Positions 56,235 through 64,000 of a stretch of 64,000 nt of DNA are shown piece after piece. Both the position numbers and the translations under genes were made by a program. Positions within the stretch are counted from its first letter, which is position 1; every line of letters starts with the position of its first letter. Source of the stretch: OCS155 cluster bacterium AG-333-G23 (lineage in GTDB: Bacteria > Actinomycetota > Acidimicrobiia > Actinomarinales > Actinomarinaceae). The notes under the pieces are model-generated. The model made no database searches. It saw nothing but the letters and a program-made list of their open reading frames with translations, and was not told the DNA's origin. The stretch lies in NCBI GenBank assembly GCA_003282445.1, contig QBZE01000004.1, positions 14,836-78,835 of the forward strand, written 5' to 3'.

Positions 56235-57154
56235 AATCTTTAATAATTGGTGAAGTAAATAACAATGAATTAAGTTCAGGTACATTAGAAATAATTTCTA
56301 AAGCTAAGGAATTAAGTCTAGATTTTTCAGTAATTACTATTGGGAATTCTGAAACAAAAAACATTGGATGTGATGATTTTACAAACACATATTTTAAATC
56401 TAATTCAAATAAACTAAATCTTTCTAGTTGTGCAAATGAAATTAAAACATTAATAGAAGAAAATAATATTGAACTTGTCTTATCTAATTCAAGTTATATT
56501 GGTAGAGATCTTATTGCATTTTTATCTGTAGATTTTAAAACGAGTCCTGTTTCTAATGTGACAAATTTCGAAATTAGCAATAATGAACTAACTGCAATAA
56601 ATTCTATTAACGGTGGTGAAAGTGAATATAAAGTTAAAATTAATTCAGATATAAAATTACTCCTCATTAGACCTAAATCATTCGAACAAACTGAAATAAC
56701 ATTAAACGATAGTTTTGAAACAAAAGAAATACAAGAGAATGAAAATTCTATAGATGTATTTGATATACATATAGAAGAAAAATCAGGTCCTCAATTAGAG
56801 GATTCAAAAATTGTTATTTCTGCTGGAAGAGGAATGGTTGAAAGTAGTAATTTAAAACTAGTAGAAGAATTGGCCAATAAATTAAATGCGGCTATTGGTG
56901 GGACTAGAGCAATTGTAGATGCTGGATGGATGCCATATTCTAATCAAGTCGGTCAAACTGGTAAAACTGTTAAACCAGATGTCTATATTGCATGTGGCAT
57001 TTCTGGTGCAACTCAACATCAAGTTGGAATGAAAGACTCTAAATATATAATTGCAATCAATAAGGACGAAGAAGCACCTATTTTTCAAATATCTGATTTA
57101 GGCATTGTAGGAGATACTTTATCAGTAATACCTAAATTAAATGAAAATCTTTAA
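56231..57154 (+). CDS. etfA: electron transfer flavoprotein subunit alpha
   Basis: C-terminal FAD domain (SAGRGM, GGTRAIVDAGW, QVGQTGKTVKPDVYIACGISGATQH). Confidence 0.9.
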   Translation: MKSLIIGEVNNNELSSGTLEIISKAKELSLDFSVITIGNSETKNIGCDDFTNTYFKSNSNKLNLSSCANEIKTLIEENNIELVLSNSSYIGRDLIAFLSVDFKTSPVSNVTNFEISNNELTAINSINGGESEYKVKINSDIKLLLIRPKSFEQTEITLNDSFETKEIQENENSIDVFDIHIEEKSGPQLEDSKIVISAGRGMVESSNLKLVEELANKLNAAIGGTRAIVDAGWMPYSNQVGQTGKTVKPDVYIACGISGATQHQVGMKDSKYIIAINKDEEAPIFQISDLGIVGDTLSVIPKLNENL

Positions 57155-57544
57155 TTAGAATTTAAAATCAAAAGGAAGTATATCGCTGAATTTATACTTT
57201 TTGAATCCATCATTGTTTACAACAATTACATTTTCAGTATTAAATTCTGACATTCTTTGACGAGAAATTCCACAAGGAAAAATAGCTGTATCTGATTCTG
57301 CATCTATACAAGCCACAGCTAACGTATTAATTTTTGTTTCACCTTCTGATATTGCTTTAAAAACTGCTACATCTTCTGCGCAAATTGTTGCTGGATAAGA
57401 TGCATTTTCAATATTACATCCTGTATATATATTCCCTGAATCAGTAATTAAGGCCGCACCAACTCGAAAATTAGAATAAGGAGCATGGGCTTTTTTTGCA
57501 ATTTCTTTTGCTAAGTCTGCTAATTTTTGATCTATTTCTACCAT
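57155..57544 (-). CDS. cdd: cytidine deaminase (small tetrameric type) with atypical third zinc-ligand position
   Basis: YSNFRVGAA, CAEDVA. PCGISRQ stands where the family has PCGxCRQ. Confidence 0.85.
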   Translation of the reverse strand: MVEIDQKLADLAKEIAKKAHAPYSNFRVGAALITDSGNIYTGCNIENASYPATICAEDVAVFKAISEGETKINTLAVACIDAESDTAIFPCGISRQRMSEFNTENVIVVNNDGFKKYKFSDILPFDFKF

Positions 57545-60196
57545 TTAGTTCATATCATTTGTAATTAAAGATTCAAAATCTTGTTTAGTTTTAATAAATA
57601 TTCTTGAGCCAGAACCTGGTTCCATTGTAACTCCATAAAGAATATCTCCAGCTTGCATAGTCTGTTGTTGGTGTGTAACGATTATAAATTGTGCATCATT
57701 CTTTAAATAATCAAGTAAATCTATCATTCTATGTAAATTGGCATCATCTAAAGCTGCTTCTACTTCATCTAATATATAAAATGGACTTGGAAATGATTTA
57801 AATATTGCAAATAAGAATGCAATAGCAGCTAGAGATCTTTCACCACCAGATAATAGACTTAATTTTTTAACTTTTTTACCACGTGGCTGAGCGCTAATTT
57901 CAATTCCTGAATCTAGCAAATTCTCTTTATTTGTTAATTGAAGAGTTCCAACACCTCCTGGAAAAAGTTTTTCAAATATTTCAGCAAAATTAACAGAAAT
58001 AGAATTAAATGAAGACTCTATTCTAAAGGTAATTTCTGACTCAATCTCTTTAATATGAGAATTAAGTTCTTTTTTTGTTAAAAGTAAATCATCGATTGAA
58101 TTTTGTATATCTTCATATCTAGTATTTAATGTTTCATAATCTTCTTTTGCTAAATAATTAACAACACCAATACTTTCGATTGTCGTTTCGCAATTTTTTA
58201 TATTTTTTAGTAGTTCGCTTTCATCTTCATTTATTTCTGGATGATTTTTAATTTCATCTGATGTTAGACCTTCTATATTTGCTAAATAAGAATAATGAGT
58301 TGATGAAAAATTAGAATTCTCTGATTCTTTAATAAGTAAGTTGCTTTTCTCATCTTTTAACTTGTAATAAAGATTATTAAAACTTTCTAAATCATTTTCA
58401 ATGTCTTGAATATTTTTATTATTGACTCCATATTTATCATCATATTTTTCACCAGTATTTTTTAATATTTCTGAAGCTTTCTTTAGTTTTCTATACATTT
58501 CTGAAGCTGAAGTTGATAAATTATTTAACTGTTCAATATTTTTTATATAACTTTCATCATTATTACTTTCAACAGTATTTGCTAATTTTTCATTTTCATT
58601 ATTTAAGTATTTTATCTTTTCAGTAATTTCTATGATCTGAGATGAAAGAATGGATACTTCTTTTTCTATTTTTTTAATATCTAAATTATATTTTTCTTTT
58701 TGTATTTTTAATTCTTCTTTGAATTCGTCTTTGTTATTTATTAAATTTATTTGCTCTACTTTTTGCTCCAAAATAATTAGTTTTGATTCTGTATCTTTTG
58801 ACAGATTTATATTCGAAGCTTTTATATTTTCTATTTCTCTACTAACTACAGAAATTAATTTATTTTTTACTTCATTAAAATCTTTTTCATCAATCTTATT
58901 TAAATTTAAAGTTTCTTCATGTTTTTTTATTAGCAACTCTGATATTTTTCTATCATTATTTAAATCATCTAGCTTTGATTTATTATTTTTTTTCGATTTT
59001 TCTTTATCTTTAAGATATTCATTAATATATTTAATTTCATTTTCGATTAATGCTTCGTTAATTTCTAAATTTAAAGATTGTTTCTTAATTACTTCTAATA
59101 ATTCTGTATTAAGTATTTCTAATTTATTTGATTTTTCTGTAAGAATATTCTTTTTTAAAATTAATTGACTTGATAACGAAGACATAAGATTTGAATTATC
59201 TAATATTTTATTTTTATTATTTTCTTTTTCTTGAATATATTTTATTTGAGATCTTTCTATATTATCAATACGTTCATTAGAAATTTGTACAATGTTCTTA
59301 ATTTTTTCTGCATTGTTTAAGATTTTGTTTGAATAATCTTTATATAAAGACCCTAATGAAATATTTTCTCCTAAATTATCATGTATTTTATTTTTTAATT
59401 CTTTTTGATTTTTTATTAAATTACTAAGATTATCTAATTCTTCATTTATTTTTATTAATTCCTGATTTATTATTTTGTTTTTATTACTAAATTTTTGATA
59501 ATTTAATATATTGAATTTAATTTTTAGTTCTTTTAACTTGTTAACAGACTCTGCATGAAGAGTAGCTTGTTCAGCTTGTTCTTTTAGTGGTTTTAACTGT
59601 TTTTTAATTTCTCTAATTACATCTTTTGCTCTTTTTATTTCTTTTTCTCCAGATTCAATTCTTCTTAGAGCTTTATCTTTCTTTAATTTAAATGGAAGTA
59701 TACCTGCAGCCTCTTCAATAGTTATTCTATGATCTTCTGGCTTTGAATTTAATATTTCAGCTATTTGACCTTGCGAAATTATTGTATGCTGTTGTTTTCC
59801 AATACCTACATCACTTAAAAACTCTTGAATATCAAGTAGCCTGCAATTCAAGCCATTCATGAAATATTCGGATTGACCATCTCTATACAGTTTTCTTCCT
59901 ATTGATATTTCATCTGTACCATTAAATTTGTCAGCATCCACCTCGAAATTAAGATTGACTTCTGCAAAACCTTTTTGTGATAATTTTTCTGTGCCTGCGA
60001 AAATAACATCCTCCATCTTATTTGTTCTTAAAGTTGCAGGACTTTGAGTGCCAAGCACCCAAGAAATGGCATCAACTACATTTGACTTACCTGATCCATT
60101 AGGGCCTACAACAACATTAACTTTGTTTGAAAAATCTATGTTTGTGTTTTCTGAAAATGACTTAAAGCCATTAATATTTACTGCTTTTAAATACAT
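57545..60196 (-). CDS. smc: SMC-type chromosome partition ATPase, short form without recognisable hinge
   Basis: N head FKSF...GPNGSGKSNVVDAISWVLG. C head LSGGERSLAAIAFLFAIF, ILDEVEAALD, VTHQQQTM, LYGVTME. About 530 aa of uninterrupted coiled-coil-like sequence lie between the heads. Conserved smc locus near rnc. Confidence 0.85.
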   Translation of the reverse strand: MYLKAVNINGFKSFSENTNIDFSNKVNVVVGPNGSGKSNVVDAISWVLGTQSPATLRTNKMEDVIFAGTEKLSQKGFAEVNLNFEVDADKFNGTDEISIGRKLYRDGQSEYFMNGLNCRLLDIQEFLSDVGIGKQQHTIISQGQIAEILNSKPEDHRITIEEAAGILPFKLKKDKALRRIESGEKEIKRAKDVIREIKKQLKPLKEQAEQATLHAESVNKLKELKIKFNILNYQKFSNKNKIINQELIKINEELDNLSNLIKNQKELKNKIHDNLGENISLGSLYKDYSNKILNNAEKIKNIVQISNERIDNIERSQIKYIQEKENNKNKILDNSNLMSSLSSQLILKKNILTEKSNKLEILNTELLEVIKKQSLNLEINEALIENEIKYINEYLKDKEKSKKNNKSKLDDLNNDRKISELLIKKHEETLNLNKIDEKDFNEVKNKLISVVSREIENIKASNINLSKDTESKLIILEQKVEQINLINNKDEFKEELKIQKEKYNLDIKKIEKEVSILSSQIIEITEKIKYLNNENEKLANTVESNNDESYIKNIEQLNNLSTSASEMYRKLKKASEILKNTGEKYDDKYGVNNKNIQDIENDLESFNNLYYKLKDEKSNLLIKESENSNFSSTHYSYLANIEGLTSDEIKNHPEINEDESELLKNIKNCETTIESIGVVNYLAKEDYETLNTRYEDIQNSIDDLLLTKKELNSHIKEIESEITFRIESSFNSISVNFAEIFEKLFPGGVGTLQLTNKENLLDSGIEISAQPRGKKVKKLSLLSGGERSLAAIAFLFAIFKSFPSPFYILDEVEAALDDANLHRMIDLLDYLKNDAQFIIVTHQQQTMQAGDILYGVTMEPGSGSRIFIKTKQDFESLITNDMN

Positions 60197-60260
60197 ATTT
60201 ACCCTGTTGTTAATATAAGGATACTAAAAATACAGATAATTGCTTAATTTTTGAAATTAT

Positions 60261-61196
60261 TTAAATGATATTAAAAGTATAAACATCTGTATTTTGTAAG
60301 TTTTTAGAGTAATTTTCAACTAGTTTTAGGTAAGGTTTTTCATTAATAAAATTAAGATTATTAAGAAAATATGTTGATACTAAATCAACGGCTCGAAAAT
60401 TACCATCAACACATTTAAAAATATATGAAGACTCATTATTTGTTGCAAAGAGCACTCCTTCTGCTCCTGATTTTGCTAATAAAGGCTCTGAACTATTCAA
60501 CATAACATTTGTATCTGTTCTATTATGACCACCTACTAAATTGGGAAACTTTGTGTATGAATCAAATACTGATAACCAAGTATCTTTATAGTCCGAAGAT
60601 AATATATTTTTAACACCTTTTAAGAATGATTGGGAATTTAAATATATTGCAGGCAACCCACATCCGTCAATAGCATATTTAATATCGGATAATTCAAAAA
60701 TATCTTTAAAAAATATATTGATATTTTCTTGTACGGTATGGTTAAATTTATAGTAATAATCACTTTCTATATTCAATAACTTACAATATATAAGCATTGA
60801 TAAATGTTTACCAGAACAATTATTATTTAACTTAGTAAATGGTAATTTATTTGATATGTATTGATCAGCAGTATCAACATGCATAGGTCTTTGAGGGGCA
60901 CAAAAAATATCATTTGAATTAATATTATATTTTTTTGCAATATTTGTTAAAAGGTTTACATGTATATCTTGTCCTGAGTGAGAAGATCCAAAAATTGCAA
61001 TTTCTTCACTTTCAAATGTTATTTGTTTTTTTTTGGCTAGCAATAACAATGGAATAATTTGAAAAGGTTTAATTGCAGATCTTGGAAAAAATTTAAAACC
61101 ATCTTGATCTTTATCTGTCGTTATAAGTACTTCGTGTTTAGATTCTATGTGGTTATTTCTTAGAAGTTCAATATCTATTGATTTTACTTTGTTCAT
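60261..61196 (-). CDS. asparaginase family protein (Rhizobium-type L-asparaginase II, PF06089-like)
   Basis: Family pattern RSAIKPFQ, GSSHSGQD, NCSGKH, GCGLP. Confidence 0.7.
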   Translation of the reverse strand: MNKVKSIDIELLRNNHIESKHEVLITTDKDQDGFKFFPRSAIKPFQIIPLLLLAKKKQITFESEEIAIFGSSHSGQDIHVNLLTNIAKKYNINSNDIFCAPQRPMHVDTADQYISNKLPFTKLNNNCSGKHLSMLIYCKLLNIESDYYYKFNHTVQENINIFFKDIFELSDIKYAIDGCGLPAIYLNSQSFLKGVKNILSSDYKDTWLSVFDSYTKFPNLVGGHNRTDTNVMLNSSEPLLAKSGAEGVLFATNNESSYIFKCVDGNFRAVDLVSTYFLNNLNFINEKPYLKLVENYSKNLQNTDVYTFNII

Positions 61197-61880
61197 CTAT
61201 TTTTTGGTATTTAATAATGCTTCTTTTGCCGCCATTTGTTCAGCGTTCTTTTTTGATTTACCATTCCCTGCACCAATCACTTTATTTGTAAGTAAAACCT
61301 TTGAACTAAATTCTTTAGAGTGATCCGGGCCACTCGATGTATTTTCGTATGTTACTTTTTTTCCTATTTTTGCATAATATTCTTGTAAACGTGTCTTGTA
61401 ATCTTTTCTACCTGGGTCTTGAGATAATTCTTTTATATTTGGATAAATATATTTTGAAACAAATTTATTTACGTTTTCAAGTCCACCATCAAAATAGATA
61501 GCAGCTATTAAAGCTTCTACAGCATCTTCGATTATAGATTTTTTATTCCTACCACCACTTGCATCTTCGGCTTTACTCAAATATATAAATTCTCCAATAT
61601 TTATGTTCATGCCCAATGTAACTAATGAACTTTGATCAACTGCACTTGATCTAATTTTGGTTAAATTACCTTCATCCAAATTTGGATAATTATTAAAAAG
61701 ATACAAAGTTAAATCAAAATCTAATATCGTATCCCCTAAAAACTCATATCTTTGGTTTGATAGATATCCTGGTTCCTCATCTAAATAAGATTTATGAGTT
61801 AAAGCAATTTTTAAATATTTTTGATCATTAAATTTATAATCAATAGTTTCTTCTAATATACTTAAATCTTTTTCGTTCAT
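61197..61880 (-). CDS. rnc: ribonuclease III
   Basis: RNase III signature NQRYEFLGDTILD. C-terminal dsRBD (AGNGKSKKNAEQMAAKEAL). Confidence 0.95.
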   Translation of the reverse strand: MNEKDLSILEETIDYKFNDQKYLKIALTHKSYLDEEPGYLSNQRYEFLGDTILDFDLTLYLFNNYPNLDEGNLTKIRSSAVDQSSLVTLGMNINIGEFIYLSKAEDASGGRNKKSIIEDAVEALIAAIYFDGGLENVNKFVSKYIYPNIKELSQDPGRKDYKTRLQEYYAKIGKKVTYENTSSGPDHSKEFSSKVLLTNKVIGAGNGKSKKNAEQMAAKEALLNTKK

Positions 61881-62848
61881 AATTCAGAAATAGTATTAGA
61901 AAAGTTATTTATAAAACCTTTCTGTGCGCTTTGATTTGTATATAAAATAGCATTTTTTACTGCCTCAGCAGAAGATGAACCGTGACCTATTGTAACTAAA
62001 CCTTTTACTCCGAGCAGGTAAGATGCATTAGTTTTATCTGGATTTAATTTATCTTTAGCTGGCTCCATAGCTTTTTTTACTGTTAATAGAAATGGCTTGA
62101 ATAAATTTTCTTTTAATGCCTCTGATAATAATTTTTGTTGTAATTTAGCAGTGCCTTCCATTGTTTTTAATACTACATTTCCGGTAAAACCATCAGTTAC
62201 AAATACATCAGCTTTTGAATTTGCAAAGTCTCTTCCTTCTATATTTCCGATAAAATTTAAATTAGAAGACTTAAGTAACTTATAAGCAGATTGTTCTAAA
62301 TCTCTTCCTTTTGACTCTTCCTCTCCATTGTTTAATAATCCTATTTTTGGATTATCTATTTCAAATATTATTTCTGCTAGTTTCGAACCCATAGCTCCAT
62401 ACTGTAACAAAACTTTAGGCTTAACATCTAAACTAGATCCTGCGTCAAGCAAAATAGTATCTCCTTCTAGTCCAGGTAAGACAGCTGCGATAGCTGGTCT
62501 TAAAACTCCCTTTATTTTTCCTAATACAGAGATTGAACCAACTAATGTTCCACCAGTTGCTCCTGCTGAAAATACTCCATCAGCTTTATTTTCTTTAACT
62601 AGTTGTAATGCACCTAGAATTGATGCGTTCTTTTTTGTTCTCAAAGCTCGAGCTGGGTTATCAGTCATTGAAATTACTTCAGGATAGTCAATAATAGGTA
62701 TATTGACATCATCTAGATAGGTTTCGATAAGGGTCTTGTCGCCAGATAAAATTACATCTACACCTTGTTCTTTTGCAAGAATTGCTCCTTTAACAACTTC
62801 TTGTGGTGCAGAATCTCCCCCCATTGCGTCTACAGCAATTGTGCTCAT
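61877..62848 (-). CDS. plsX: phosphate acyltransferase PlsX
   Basis: IAVDAMGGD, GFTGNVVLK, GHGSS. Confidence 0.93.
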   Translation of the reverse strand: MSTIAVDAMGGDSAPQEVVKGAILAKEQGVDVILSGDKTLIETYLDDVNIPIIDYPEVISMTDNPARALRTKKNASILGALQLVKENKADGVFSAGATGGTLVGSISVLGKIKGVLRPAIAAVLPGLEGDTILLDAGSSLDVKPKVLLQYGAMGSKLAEIIFEIDNPKIGLLNNGEEESKGRDLEQSAYKLLKSSNLNFIGNIEGRDFANSKADVFVTDGFTGNVVLKTMEGTAKLQQKLLSEALKENLFKPFLLTVKKAMEPAKDKLNPDKTNASYLLGVKGLVTIGHGSSSAEAVKNAILYTNQSAQKGFINNFSNTISEL

Positions 62849-62858
62849 GATTTATTAA

Positions 62859-63041
62859 TTATTCGTTATTTGGTTCTTTAACTTGACGTCCGTTGTATGT
62901 TCCATCTACGGGATTAACTCTATGTGATTGTTTTGCGACACCAGTTTCTGGATCAATTAAAAAATGAGGTCTAGAAATTTTGTGCATAGCTTTTCTTCTT
63001 TTTGTTCTAGATTTAGACATTTTCTTTTTAGGTACTGCCAT
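62859..63041 (-). CDS. rpmF: 50S ribosomal protein L32
   Basis: MAVPKKKMSKSRTKRRKA. Confidence 0.95.
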   Translation of the reverse strand: MAVPKKKMSKSRTKRRKAMHKISRPHFLIDPETGVAKQSHRVNPVDGTYNGRQVKEPNNE

Positions 63042-63058
63042 AACTATTTCCTTTCAAC

Positions 63059-63577
63059 TTACAAATCTAGCTCACTTAGAGAAGAAAATGGGCTTTCTTT
63101 TATATTTTTTTCATCATGTGAACATACATACTTATTCTGATTTTTACCACATAAAGAACATAAGCCTTTACAGTCTTTTTTACATATATTGGTGAATTCC
63201 ATTTTTGATATTATCGCTTCCGAAACAATCGATAAAACATCAATAATTTCATTATTAATATCTATGTCATAATCATTTTCTGAATTAGTTGATAAATTTT
63301 TATTAAAAGATGCTGAATCATCTTTATTATTTCTATCTAAACATCTTGAACATTCACTTACATAGGTAAAATTTAGATTGAGATCTAGATTTAAAGACTC
63401 TATCTCTTTAGTTATTTCAACAGTTAAATCTATTTCGTTTTTATTATTTATTTCATTTCCGAAATATTTTATATCAAGATAGCCGCATGATTTAAATTTT
63501 AAATTATTATTTTGAAGCCTTATATCATTAATTTTAATTTGGGTATTTAATTGTTCCATTAATTTACTCTGGTTCAA
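63059..63577 (-). CDS. yceD: DUF177 / YceD family protein (large-subunit accumulation protein)
   Basis: Acidic protein with two Cys pairs (SECSRCL; CKKDCKGLCSLCG). Conserved position upstream of rpmF-plsX. Confidence 0.8.
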   Translation of the reverse strand: MNQSKLMEQLNTQIKINDIRLQNNNLKFKSCGYLDIKYFGNEINNKNEIDLTVEITKEIESLNLDLNLNFTYVSECSRCLDRNNKDDSASFNKNLSTNSENDYDIDINNEIIDVLSIVSEAIISKMEFTNICKKDCKGLCSLCGKNQNKYVCSHDEKNIKESPFSSLSELDL

Positions 63578-64000
63578 CTATTTTTCTTGGTTGACGTAAG
63601 CTTTTTTTCTCTGTCTCAATAAAGTTATTTATTTGTTCAAACTTATTTAAAACTTCTGTAAGCTTTGCATCTATTTGATCTTCAATCTGAGCACGATATG
63701 CTTGAGCTTCATCTTCAGCTTTTTTAATTAAAGCATTAGCTTCAATCACAGCTTCTTGGAGTACATAAGAATCTGCAATTAACCTGTCTGATTCTATTTT
63801 TGCAATACTTAATATTTCGTTTGCTTCTTCTCTAGCTTTATTTAAGTAAGTATCTTGTTCTCTCACAAGCCATCGAGCAGTTCTAAGTTCTACTGGCATT
63901 AAATCAATTAAATTTTCAACTATTTCAATAAGTTCCTTCTTATTAGATCTACTGTTTAAAACACTTTTTGAATTAACTTTTTCTCTTAGTAATTCTAATT
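63564..64000 (-). CDS. coiled-coil DivIVA-domain-like protein (SepIVA-like position), 5' end outside window
   Basis: The frame stays open upstream of ATG 63899 to the window edge (...LELLREKVNSKSVLNSRSNKKELIEIVENLIDLMPVELRTARWLVREQ...). The ARWLVRE plus Ala/Glu-rich coiled coil and the position next to DUF177 match the actinobacterial neighbour gene. Confidence 0.5.
   Translation of the reverse strand, partial: LELLREKVNSKSVLNSRSNKKELIEIVENLIDLMPVELRTARWLVREQDTYLNKAREEANEILSIAKIESDRLIADSYVLQEAVIEANALIKKAEDEAQAYRAQIEDQIDAKLTEVLNKFEQINNFIETEKKSLRQPRKIVEPE

Noticed and set aside
1-64000. Search by eye for CRISPR arrays, IS elements or transposases, prophage genes, toxin-antitoxin pairs, restriction-modification or other defence genes, and rRNA.
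   Set aside because: None found. No spaced direct repeats, no transposase or phage-like ORFs, and every ORF above 60 aa is accounted for by the features listed or by shadow frames.

Overview
The window is strongly AT-rich (about one-third G+C by eye, not computed) and very tightly packed. It is almost entirely housekeeping genes. Gene order is typical of Actinobacteria: dapA-ftsK...cinA-recA-miaB-miaA-dapF-lexA-nrdR...dut on the + strand, then pnp-rpsO-ribF-truB-nrnA-rbfA-infB-nusA-rimP-proS-ispG-rseP-cdsA-frr-pyrH-tsf-rpsB-xerC...rnhB-lepB-rplS-trmD...rimM-KH-rpsP...smc...rnc-plsX-rpmF-DUF177-DivIVA-like on the - strand. This order, plus FO synthase (cofG/cofH), suggests a streamlined low-GC marine actinobacterium of the Ca. 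Actinomarina type; that taxon is an inference, since no search was possible. All protein calls come from motifs read in the supplied translations, not from BLAST or HMM searches.

I found no CRISPR array, transposase, phage block, toxin-antitoxin pair or recognisable defence system. The only tyrosine recombinase is xerC, in its conserved housekeeping position.

Observations worth a second look, most interesting first:
1. A TlpA/ResA-like thioredoxin-fold lipoprotein (6470..6913, -) has an in-frame TGA exactly at the CxxC nucleophile. A SECIS-like hairpin follows it. This is a candidate selenoprotein.
2. The SMC protein (883 aa) has canonical head domains but no recognisable hinge.
3. A GAPDH-like paralog lacking the catalytic Cys (Cys to Asn) and Arg231 is translationally coupled to a canonical gap gene.
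4. That gap pair lies in a roughly 6.2 kb block (cofG/cofH, gapX-gap-ridA-C26 amidotransferase) that splits the conserved rpsP-KH-rimM-trmD-rplS operon.
5. An in-frame chimeric ORF joins the first ~356 aa of glycerol kinase to the C-terminal half of a UPF0316/DUF2179 protein. It lies at the edge of a tRNA-associated accessory region, which itself sits at a synteny breakpoint.
6. An unannotated 56-codon ORF encoding a TM segment plus a LysM-like fragment is divergent from lexA and shares its SOS box. It is a candidate SOS-induced division inhibitor.

Smaller oddities are listed separately: lepB without a canonical start codon, FO synthase split at an A7 run, C33 in tRNA-Val, Zn-ligand changes in Cdd and NrdR, and convergent genes that all abut or overlap.
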